Of a stretch of DNA of 64,000 bases, positions 27,145 to 35,420 are shown piece by piece. Every line of letters starts with the position of its first letter. The stretch's first letter is position 1. The DNA comes from a virus: IMG/VR virus record IMGVR_UViG_3300034137_000032, positions 1 to 64,000 of that record. One strand, 5' to 3'. Under the pieces are notes generated by a model that was not told the DNA's origin, did no database searches, and saw only the letters and a list, made by a program, of their open reading frames with translations. A program made the position numbers and the translations under genes.

Positions 27145-27876
27145 TTAGGCGATCCGACGCGCGATTTTCATCGACTTGAGACGGCGCTTTGTGGCGCCAG
27201 CCGAGTGCGACCGCAGCATGGCTTTTTTCAACGACACTTTCTGCGCAGCGGACAGGCGAACCTTGCCTGAGATGCGCTTATTAATGTGCGTGATCTTGCC
27301 GCCACGAACAGCCTTGATGCGCTTATAGGTCGCGTCCAGCGCTTCCACGCTGCCGTCACCGAAAGCGAAGTCGTCGATGCTCTGCGCTGCAGCTTCGTCG
27401 CCGTCCGGCAGGCCGCCCGCGACCAGCTCCATGACGCGATCGGCCGCCTCGCCGTCTTCGCTCTCAAACATTGCCGACAGGTCGTCATCCGAGGCGCCCA
27501 GACTGGACAAGTAGTCCCAGGCCTGGTCGCACAGAATGGCCACGGTCTCGGCTTCGTCATCGGTGATTTCGCCGTCCATGTTCTCGTCGGCCACGCCGCA
27601 GAACATGCCCAGCAGACGGTTGAGATTGGTCTCGCCTACTTCCAGGTCGTCGGTTTCGGCCCATTGCTGGACGATCGCGGCGGCGCGCAGGGCAAGGTCA
27701 GTGACCGCGAAGTCAGCCGCAGGGCCGCCCTCGTCGTCATTGACGCCGTCCAGCACGTCTTTTACTGGGGCGTTTAGTTTAGGGTCGGCCGATGCCTGGG
27801 AAGGCGGCTTGACCTTCGGAGCCGCCGCCGAAGCGGCGGCCCCCGAACCCACAAGGTTACGAATAAAGTCGCTCAT
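27145..27876 (-). CDS. Prohead core-like protein (acidic body, basic C-terminus)
   Basis: KAVRGGK...RLSAAQKVSLKKA...KRRLKS basic tail resembles myovirus prohead core proteins. Confidence 0.55.
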   Translation of the reverse strand: MSDFIRNLVGSGAAASAAAPKVKPPSQASADPKLNAPVKDVLDGVNDDEGGPAADFAVTDLALRAAAIVQQWAETDDLEVGETNLNRLLGMFCGVADENMDGEITDDEAETVAILCDQAWDYLSSLGASDDDLSAMFESEDGEAADRVMELVAGGLPDGDEAAAQSIDDFAFGDGSVEALDATYKRIKAVRGGKITHINKRISGKVRLSAAQKVSLKKAMLRSHSAGATKRRLKSMKIARRIA

Positions 27877-27888
27877 TTAGGGTTTTCC

Positions 27889-29505
27889 TTACGTCGTGCG
27901 GACGATGCTCTGCGTGGAGAAAACCGCTCGCGTCGTGCCGTCGTATGCAACCGAATAGGTATTCGTGAAGGCGTCGATGCGGTTGGTATTCCGGGTGCAG
28001 GTGAAGATGTACGAGCGGCCGCCCAGCTCTTGGGTGGCGTTGGTCCAGCCCGCGGTTTCCGCTGCGGTGAGCAGCGTGTCGGCGTAATCGACCATCTTCT
28101 CGATCGCCTTGGCGATCGGCATCTGGATGACTTCGTTACCGAACGCGGCAAGCTGGTCATCGATCCAGGTGGCCATGTCTACGACGGCTTCGAGCTTGGT
28201 GAGCCCAGTCGTCTTTTTCATGGTCAGCGAGTCGGTGAACACGTAGCTGGAACCGGCCGAATACTTCTTGAGCACCACCGGGTTGATCTTCGCGTCGGCC
28301 AGCTTCGAAAGTTCCGAATCGGTCGGCGTGTACTTCTGCACGACGCCAGTACGCGAAATCGGGTAGTTCACGCCTGCGATCGGGTAGTTTTTGGCTGCCA
28401 GACCGTTGGCGTCCTGGTTCGCGTTCCGCGCACAGGCATAGCCGACCTTGATACCGGACGTGCCCAAGTACGCTTTGCCACCGTTGACTGGGTCGGTCGC
28501 GATCAGCGGCGCCCACTGCAACATGCCGTAAATCGTGTCCTGGTTCAGCGAGCTGGCCCAGGTGATGGCCTCGGTCGGCGTGTAGCGGCCGGGAACGTCC
28601 ACGCGGAACTGGCGGTTGGTGGCCAGGCACATGGTCGCCATCTTCGCGATTAGCGTCAGGTTTTCGGAACCGCCCGAGAGCAGGTATTCCCAGTCATATG
28701 CGGAGTAGCGCAGCTGGTTGATCGCCGATGTGTAGTCCGACGATAGATACGTGGTGCCGCCTTCGGTGAAATACGACAGATCGGCGGCAACCAACTGCGC
28801 CGCACCGTCATCGTCCTCGCCATAGCAATCTGATGTGATCGGGATCGTCAGGGTGCTGCCGACTTCGATCTCGACAGCGTCCGTCAGGCCCGTGACGACA
28901 TCTGGCAGGTAGTAGCTGTTGCCATAGTCATCGACGGCGGTTTCATCCAGGGAACCGGTGAACGTGTACAGCTCCTCGCCGGTGGATACGTCGAGCAGGC
29001 GCACGCGAATGATCTGGGTTGCAACCGAGTTGCCATCGTCGTCCGTGACTTCCGGCGCCCAAATTTCGGCCGTGACGCCGTCGTTGAAGCATTCCAGGTG
29101 AGTGATCGCTAGCAGGTAACCGCTTGGCAGCGTGTCCGGTACCGACCACGTCACCGCGCCGGTGGTGCTGTCGAGTACGGCAACCATCTGCAGGTTCACA
29201 GCCGACGCCACTGGCACCATACGCGCGACAGTGCCCGAGGCAGCACCATACGAAAACGCTTCGTAGGCCTGCACATAGGCTTCATTCAAGCGGCTGATCG
29301 AGGTCGAGGCCGTTGCGCCCAGCTTGGTCGCCAGGTTGTCGCTGGTGACTTGGAACGCCTTGTCGATGCGTCCACGCGTGAAGCGACCGGCCAGCGCGAA
29401 TACCTGGTCGTTGTTGCTCTCAACGAACCCGCCCGAGTTGTCCTGGATCTGGTTCATCTGGTAGCCGGGCTGCGAACCCAGGCTACGCGTAAAAGTCGTC
29501 GTCAT
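27889..29505 (-). CDS. Tail sheath protein (P1 gp22-like)
   Basis: GRFTRGRIDK, LADAKINPV, FTDSLT motifs; 538 aa after the capsid gene. Confidence 0.8.
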   Translation of the reverse strand: MTTTFTRSLGSQPGYQMNQIQDNSGGFVESNNDQVFALAGRFTRGRIDKAFQVTSDNLATKLGATASTSISRLNEAYVQAYEAFSYGAASGTVARMVPVASAVNLQMVAVLDSTTGAVTWSVPDTLPSGYLLAITHLECFNDGVTAEIWAPEVTDDDGNSVATQIIRVRLLDVSTGEELYTFTGSLDETAVDDYGNSYYLPDVVTGLTDAVEIEVGSTLTIPITSDCYGEDDDGAAQLVAADLSYFTEGGTTYLSSDYTSAINQLRYSAYDWEYLLSGGSENLTLIAKMATMCLATNRQFRVDVPGRYTPTEAITWASSLNQDTIYGMLQWAPLIATDPVNGGKAYLGTSGIKVGYACARNANQDANGLAAKNYPIAGVNYPISRTGVVQKYTPTDSELSKLADAKINPVVLKKYSAGSSYVFTDSLTMKKTTGLTKLEAVVDMATWIDDQLAAFGNEVIQMPIAKAIEKMVDYADTLLTAAETAGWTNATQELGGRSYIFTCTRNTNRIDAFTNTYSVAYDGTTRAVFSTQSIVRTT

Positions 29506-29882
29506 TCAGCAGCTCCTGCGGCCGTGTCGGTCGAATCCGTCGCTTCCGTTGCCACCTCGGCCGCGGCTGCGGTGGTCGAGGCGATGGCCGTTTCTTCGCC
29601 ATACGTGACCGTCGCCAGCAGCTCGTCGCCGCCGACGCTCGCGAAGTGCGTCAGGTCTTGCAGGGCGTTGTAGAGGTCGTCACGGCGACGGAACTGCAGC
29701 TCGGCCGACTCGCCCCCATACAGGTGCGCGTGGGTACGAACGGCATTTACCAGCACCGGACGTTTCTTGCGTTTGTTCGTGAACTTCACGCGAAGGGGAA
29801 ACACGGCATCGGAACCGATCAGCTCCTGGACCTTGGCGGCCAGGTTGTCCGCGTCGGCCTTGCCAATGGTGATCGTCGTCAT
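29502..29882 (-). CDS. Hypothetical virion protein
   Basis: Coupled within the head-tail operon. Confidence 0.55.
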   Translation of the reverse strand: MTTITIGKADADNLAAKVQELIGSDAVFPLRVKFTNKRKKRPVLVNAVRTHAHLYGGESAELQFRRRDDLYNALQDLTHFASVGGDELLATVTYGEETAIASTTAAAAEVATEATDSTDTAAGAAE

Positions 29883-30514
29883 TGCACTACCTCGACCGTG
29901 ATCACCTGCCCTGTCATGGCCTGCTTTTCGCTGGCCAGGTGGAGCAGGCTTTTATATTTCGCTTCGGTCATTGCCTCGACCGTCACCGACTCCCCAGGTG
30001 CGAGCACCTTGCCGGTCTGCGGCAGGGGCTGTTTTGCGGGGGTGGCGTTGGTGACTTTCACCGTTACGGGAAAGGTTACGGCCGCCTCGTTGGCGTCCTC
30101 GTCGGTGGTTTCCGACGCGGTATCCGCGACCGTTTCAGCTGCCGTTTCCGGGGTCTCGGTCACTGCTGCAGCTGCAGCGGTTGCCGTCGCCTTGGAGGTG
30201 CGTTTTTTCGTGGCAGTGGTAATCGCCTCGGCCGCAGCTGCATCAGCTGCCGTGGTGTCGGCAGCTTCCGTAGCGGTGTCGGCCGTGGCCGTCATGGTGA
30301 TTTCGGTGGCGGCAGCCGTGTCCGTCGCGGCCGTGTCGGCTGCGGTGGTGTCGGTCGTCGGGGTTTCGGTGGTTTCTGCAGCGGTGGACGTAGCCGTTTC
30401 GGTCGTCACAGCTTCCGAGGCAGTTGCCTCGGTCGCAGTGCTCGCCGTGGTGGCCTCGGTGGTGGCCGTGGCCACCTCCGATACGTCCGCTGCCACGTCA
30501 GTGGCTTCGGCCAT
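29879..30514 (-). CDS. Thr/Ala/Glu-rich protein with C-terminal globular domain
   Basis: Directly after the capsid gene; shares an FP(L/V)xVKxTN motif with the next ORF. Confidence 0.6.
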   Translation of the reverse strand: MAEATDVAADVSEVATATTEATTASTATEATASEAVTTETATSTAAETTETPTTDTTAADTAATDTAAATEITMTATADTATEAADTTAADAAAAEAITTATKKRTSKATATAAAAAVTETPETAAETVADTASETTDEDANEAAVTFPVTVKVTNATPAKQPLPQTGKVLAPGESVTVEAMTEAKYKSLLHLASEKQAMTGQVITVEVVQ

Positions 30515-30524
30515 AGGTCACCCC

Positions 30525-32195
30525 TTACTCGCTGGCGAACATATTGGTGACCGTGATCAGCGCCGCGCCCAGGGCAGACGGCGTGTGCGGGTTCACCTGC
30601 GTGAAGTTGCGGGCGTACAGCGCGTTCTGTTCCTTCAGGTCGCTGTTAAACGCCAGGCGCAGCACCGTGACCGGCACGGCGTCGCCGAATACGATCGGGT
30701 TACGAGCAACCTGCGAGGACTTGCCGACCATCAGGATGGTGGCGCTGGTGGACGTCTCCGAAACGACCTTAGGCGAGTAGTAAACCTCGTACAGGTTGAA
30801 CAGACGGCCCAGGCGATAGATGCTCGGGCGAGGCGCCAGGCCGGACGGCACGAACAGCTCGGTCGGTAGGGATGGCAGCTGTGCAGCGATCGATTTCGGC
30901 ACGTACAGGTGCGTACCGCCGTGATCCATCGTGTCGTTGGCCATCGTCTGCGAGCAGATACCCAGGATCGTGGCGAAGTCCTGCCAGATTTGGGCACGCG
31001 TTTTCTGCGCGATCTGCGTCGAGTAGTCGAAGTCGAACGTTTCCTGGTTGTTCACCGCGACCGACATCGCCTTGCGCAACGCCAGGTAGTGACGTTCGTT
31101 CGCCGCCTGGTTCCGCATAGCAATGAGCGACTCGGCGCCCAAGTCCATGCCGATTTCGTTGTTGTACTGCGTCTTGGTGTCGTAGGTCGTTGCGACCAGA
31201 CCACGCCAGGCGCTTGCATACAGCTTGTACGTCTGCACTTCGGTGATCAGGTTCGGCGTCAGCGACGTGTTGGCTTCCAAGTCGATGAAGCCTTCGGCCT
31301 CGACGACGGTGCCGACCGGCAGAGCCGAGCTGAAGGCCAGCGACAGGGCGCCAGTCGAACGGGTGATCGTGCCGGTGATGGTGTATTCCACACCGCTCAT
31401 CGTGATCGAGCCGGTGATCGGGCTGTTCGTGACGGTCGAGGAGACGTCGATGCTTTCCTTACCGGCGAACAGACCGTTGATGAACACCTGGGTGCGGCCG
31501 CGCAGCAGCGGGGCAGCAGTGGTGCCATCGGTGGTGAACGTAGCGGTGGCCGTGGTGCGATCGGCGCCCAGCGTCGTCGTCATGCGGCGCTCAGACGACA
31601 GGTACGATTCGCCGGAGTTGGTGCCGTCCAGCAGGTCGCCGCTGGAATAGCCGCCGTAGGTCGAGCCAGCCTGGTGGCTGACGATGCCGAGCAGCGATTC
31701 GTTGGAACCGATGTCGGCAGGCAGGTAAACGGCCCACGGACAGGCTTCAGCGATGGCCTGGGTGACGGCCACAACGATGCGGTTAGGCTGCGAAGCGCCT
31801 TCGTCGGAGTGCGCGCTGTTGCCCACGCCGTCGAGGATCTCGCGAGGATTCATCGCGGCGGCGATGCCCTGGTGAATAGCGGAATCCATCACGTCGGCGG
31901 TCGGCAGGTGGCCGTGCGCAACTTCGAATTCCTTCATACCGGCCATAACGGAGTCGAGCACGGTGGCGTGCAGCTCTTCCGGAACGGAGCCGAACAGTTT
32001 TTCGAGGCGGGCTGGCAGTTTGACGGATTCGTCGCTGCCGCTGGCGTTGGCGCTATCCAGGATGTCGCGGTTATGCGCCTGGCTCTTTACAGAGTCGAGG
32101 ACGCCCGTGACGCCGCGGTTTGCTTCGTAGTGGCCGTGATAGAAGTCTTCGACCTTATTCAGCCCGCTACCGGGGGTGTAAATTGCTTTCGACAT
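30525..32195 (-). CDS. Major capsid protein (P1 gp23-like)
   Basis: 556 aa from ATG 32195 (MSKAIY...); PSIYRLGRLFNLYEVYYSP and GDAVP motifs; own late promoter; upstream of the sheath. Confidence 0.8.
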   Translation of the reverse strand: MSKAIYTPGSGLNKVEDFYHGHYEANRGVTGVLDSVKSQAHNRDILDSANASGSDESVKLPARLEKLFGSVPEELHATVLDSVMAGMKEFEVAHGHLPTADVMDSAIHQGIAAAMNPREILDGVGNSAHSDEGASQPNRIVVAVTQAIAEACPWAVYLPADIGSNESLLGIVSHQAGSTYGGYSSGDLLDGTNSGESYLSSERRMTTTLGADRTTATATFTTDGTTAAPLLRGRTQVFINGLFAGKESIDVSSTVTNSPITGSITMSGVEYTITGTITRSTGALSLAFSSALPVGTVVEAEGFIDLEANTSLTPNLITEVQTYKLYASAWRGLVATTYDTKTQYNNEIGMDLGAESLIAMRNQAANERHYLALRKAMSVAVNNQETFDFDYSTQIAQKTRAQIWQDFATILGICSQTMANDTMDHGGTHLYVPKSIAAQLPSLPTELFVPSGLAPRPSIYRLGRLFNLYEVYYSPKVVSETSTSATILMVGKSSQVARNPIVFGDAVPVTVLRLAFNSDLKEQNALYARNFTQVNPHTPSALGAALITVTNMFASE

Positions 32196-32244
32196 CGATA
32201 GTCTCTTTCTGAGGAAAGCCCACAGCGGGCTTGTATCGATGCCC

Positions 32245-32284
32245 ATCCTAAGTTCCAGAAAACCCTCGAAAATCCAGGCTTTCC
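32245..32284 (-). promoter_or_regulatory. Putative late promoter of the capsid operon
   Basis: GGAAA-N29-TAGGAT. Confidence 0.65.
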
Positions 32285-32300
32285 CAAGCCCAGCGCGCAC

Positions 32301-32325
32301 AAAAAAGCCGACACGGAGTCGGCTT
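32301..32325 (-). terminator. Terminator of the Dar-like operon
   Basis: AAGCCGAC stem followed by a 6-U tract on the minus strand. Confidence 0.7.
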
Positions 32326-32349
32326 CAAAATGAGGAGTAACTGGCAAGG

Positions 32350-34842
32350 TCAGGCGGGTGTTTCGGCCTCGGCCAGCAAGGCTTTCACTGCGATATCCAG
32401 GGCCGGATCTTCACTGCCCACCCACGAGCTTTCCTGCACCAGCCCAATGATGTCCTGAGTGAGGGCCTCCCGATCGGCGTCGTTGAGTGGCGACTGCAGA
32501 CGCTTCACCAGCTTTTCTAGGGCGGCGCAAGGATCGGCAACGCCATCGAGCACCTCGACCTGGGGCTCGATCTCGGCGACGGGGCCGAAAATCTGATCGA
32601 GCAGCTCTTTGTTCGCCGATGCCTTCTCGAACACTTGGCCATCGCGCAGCGCGCCGAAAAGCTCTTCGAATGCGGCATTAATACGCTCGCGCTCCTCGCC
32701 CTCGGGAAAGGGTTTCTCGCCGTCGTAGTGTTGGTTATTGGCATGCGCCGACAGGTAATCGTTCTGGCGGCCGTGGCTGGCCATCTTGTCCTCGATATAG
32801 GACTGAAATGCCCGAGCCGCCAGCTCGACGTCCTGCGACCAGTACTTGCCGTCGCCGCCACCGTCCAGATCGATCGCGTCGCTGAAAAACTTCGAGGTGG
32901 CTTTTCCCGTCGGCACGTTCAGATACTGCTCGCCCACGGGTGTATAGAAGGCCGCGGCGATCTGGCGCCAGTCCTTGCGGTTTTTCAGGCTTCGCTTATC
33001 CGTGCGCCCGGCGAAAATCCGGTCCACGGCCATGATGGCGTCAACTGCATTACCCGCCGACTGGATGGCGCGACCTGGGCCACCCGCATACATGGCGTTG
33101 ACGTTGCTGGCTGCGCGTTGGCGGTCGCGATCGGTGATCGTGAACACTTCCGTAGAACGAACGTCGCCATCGAGCAGTGCGCGGCGCAGCTTCATGAACG
33201 CATCTTGAATCGGCCCGGCCGGGATCATGCCGGGCATGCTGGTGCCGAATGTTTCTTTTGAGCCTGCAGTGCCATTTAGGATCGAAGGCAGGATGTTGTC
33301 GAAGGCATGGAACAGCTCGTGCCCAAGCGCACCGCCACCGCCCATTTTGGTCAGGTTCACCACACGGTGCACCGGCTCGTAATGCGCCCGCGCCGCGTTC
33401 TTTCCGCCCGTGCCACGCGCACCGAACGCCATGCCCAGGCGACCGCCCAAGCCCAAGTGCACCATATCGATCCCGAGCATATCGGATAGGTCGCTGAAAG
33501 CCGCGGCAGTCTGCTCGACGTGGAACCGGGCGCTATTCGGGTCTTTGAGAACCCAGTTGCCAGACTGCACTTCGCGCAGTCCAAACATGCTCTTTAGCGC
33601 TGCGGTAGATTCGGCGCTGACGTCCTTGCCACCGACGCGATCGTACTTATCCGCCACTTTCAGCTGAAAGGTGACCTCTTTTTTCGTGGCCGTGCGCACG
33701 CTGGTGGCGCGGTCTTTGTTCGACCACGCCCAATCGCTGATCTTGCCGTTCTCGGCATTGGTGACGTGACCGCGGAATGCCGCCGAGCCCGACTGATAGC
33801 GGTATTTCACTACGCCCTTAAACTTGTCGCCCAGGGAGAACCAGCCGCGCACCAGCGGAGAGTCCTGATTGCGGGCCTCGGCTGCCTTCTTGATCGCCGT
33901 CATCTGCGTGTAGATGCCGGACATATGCTCGTCCAGCTCGTCCACTCGGGCGTTGATACGGGTACGCTCCTCGACCCATTGCTCGCTGATCTTCGCCCGG
34001 TTTTCCTTGGCAGCGACGAGGGCGGCGGTGTCTTCCTCGCTCACAGCCCAGCCGCGGCGCTCACGGTTTCGCACCTTGCGCTCGACATCCATGATATTGA
34101 CGTCGGCCATCTGCATGGCGCGGTACAAGTCGTCGGTTGCGCCGTTGAGGGTCTCTTTCTCCTGCTTGTACCCCTGCAGTTGCTCGCGCAGCGCCAGATA
34201 TTGTCCGGTCTCGCCTTCGCTCAGATTGGAACCGGTCATTTCGTCCAGGATCTCCTTGAGCGCGGCACGCACTTCGGTGACCGTCTGCAGACCTTCCATG
34301 CGGCTGCGCACAGTGCCGAGCGCCAGCGCATAATCCTGGCGCGTCTGCGGGTCGTCGGCTGGCACGGGCGCGATCGAGGCGTACACGCGATCGATCAGAA
34401 AGCCAGCTGCAGGCGTCATACCGCCAGCGGCCAGGGCCTCCCAATCCACCTGCCCGAACAGGTTCGATTTGATGATCAGCTCAGCGGCCTGGCGCGGGTT
34501 GCGCTCGATGGCTTTCCAGTCGATCGAGGTGCTCTGCACCAGTTGCCCCGACTCCTTGGCCAGGCGAATGGCATCGGCGGCTTTCTCTTTGCGGCTGTCG
34601 GCGATATAGCCAGTGTCCGCATAGCGATAGTTGGGGGCGTTGGGATCGTCGCTCAGGCCGTCGTCTTCTGGCTCTTCGGGCTTCACGTCGGCGGCGACGC
34701 CCAGGCGCGAAAGCAGGCTCAGCACCGTGCTGGTCGTGCGCAAGCGCTCAGGAATAGACAGATCCTGCGAGAGCAGGCCAACGGTTTGGATCAGCTCGCG
34801 ACTGAGCTTGCCCCGCTCAATGGGGGATAGGGTACTGGGCAT
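32350..34842 (-). CDS. DdrB-like polyvalent protein with HExxH and LPD1-like domain
   Basis: GHELFHAFD; YWSQDVELAARAFQSYIEDK...NDYLS...PFPEGEERERINAAF; start at ATG 34842. Confidence 0.75.
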   Translation of the reverse strand: MPSTLSPIERGKLSRELIQTVGLLSQDLSIPERLRTTSTVLSLLSRLGVAADVKPEEPEDDGLSDDPNAPNYRYADTGYIADSRKEKAADAIRLAKESGQLVQSTSIDWKAIERNPRQAAELIIKSNLFGQVDWEALAAGGMTPAAGFLIDRVYASIAPVPADDPQTRQDYALALGTVRSRMEGLQTVTEVRAALKEILDEMTGSNLSEGETGQYLALREQLQGYKQEKETLNGATDDLYRAMQMADVNIMDVERKVRNRERRGWAVSEEDTAALVAAKENRAKISEQWVEERTRINARVDELDEHMSGIYTQMTAIKKAAEARNQDSPLVRGWFSLGDKFKGVVKYRYQSGSAAFRGHVTNAENGKISDWAWSNKDRATSVRTATKKEVTFQLKVADKYDRVGGKDVSAESTAALKSMFGLREVQSGNWVLKDPNSARFHVEQTAAAFSDLSDMLGIDMVHLGLGGRLGMAFGARGTGGKNAARAHYEPVHRVVNLTKMGGGGALGHELFHAFDNILPSILNGTAGSKETFGTSMPGMIPAGPIQDAFMKLRRALLDGDVRSTEVFTITDRDRQRAASNVNAMYAGGPGRAIQSAGNAVDAIMAVDRIFAGRTDKRSLKNRKDWRQIAAAFYTPVGEQYLNVPTGKATSKFFSDAIDLDGGGDGKYWSQDVELAARAFQSYIEDKMASHGRQNDYLSAHANNQHYDGEKPFPEGEERERINAAFEELFGALRDGQVFEKASANKELLDQIFGPVAEIEPQVEVLDGVADPCAALEKLVKRLQSPLNDADREALTQDIIGLVQESSWVGSEDPALDIAVKALLAEAETPA

Positions 34843-34868
34843 CGTGCACACCGATAGGTTGATGCCCA

Positions 34869-34908
34869 ATGGTGCCTTGCCCGCAGCGCCAGCCGCGGGC
34901 GGCATTCC
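34869..34908 (-). promoter_or_regulatory. Putative late promoter (variant)
   Basis: GGAAT-N29-CACCAT. Confidence 0.45.
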
Positions 34909-34916
34909 GATCCGCC

Positions 34917-35420
34917 TTAGCGAATCGACTCCCAGGCGACTCGTGCCAGGTGCTGCTTGTATGCCTGGGCGGCCTGGTCAAACAGCAGCTCGACCTGGAC
35001 GTTGCCCTGGTAATCCTGGTGCACCTGCGCCAACTGCCTGGCCACGCTGACGCTGTCGCCTGGCAGATCGTGATCAATGACGCGCTGCAGGAATTTGAGG
35101 GTGCTGGCCAGCTCAGCGCCACCCGACAACGGCGGTGCTGGTCGCTGCAGGAGCTGCGCGCCGATCTCCTGGGGGTCTGGAAGCACGCTAATGCCGAACT
35201 CGACCGACTGGCAGAACCCCAGCAGGTCGTCAGGCTCAATGCTCGCCGCGCTCAGTCGCTGACCATTGCGGCCCGTGACCATGCGCACCTGCAGGAAGCG
35301 CTGGAAGTGCTCTACCGCGGCCGGACTGCCCACCAGCTCCACCGGGACCAGCTCATCATCGTCCCACAGCGCTTCGAATGCGCCCTCGGGAGTCACCACC
35401 AAATAACGCGTAGCGATCAC
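34917..35420 (-). CDS. Small protein carrying a copy of the DarA C-terminal domain
   Basis: C-terminal ~64 aa align gap-free with the C-terminus of 37300..40635. Confidence 0.7.
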   Translation of the reverse strand: MIATRYLVVTPEGAFEALWDDDELVPVELVGSPAAVEHFQRFLQVRMVTGRNGQRLSAASIEPDDLLGFCQSVEFGISVLPDPQEIGAQLLQRPAPPLSGGAELASTLKFLQRVIDHDLPGDSVSVARQLAQVHQDYQGNVQVELLFDQAAQAYKQHLARVAWESIR

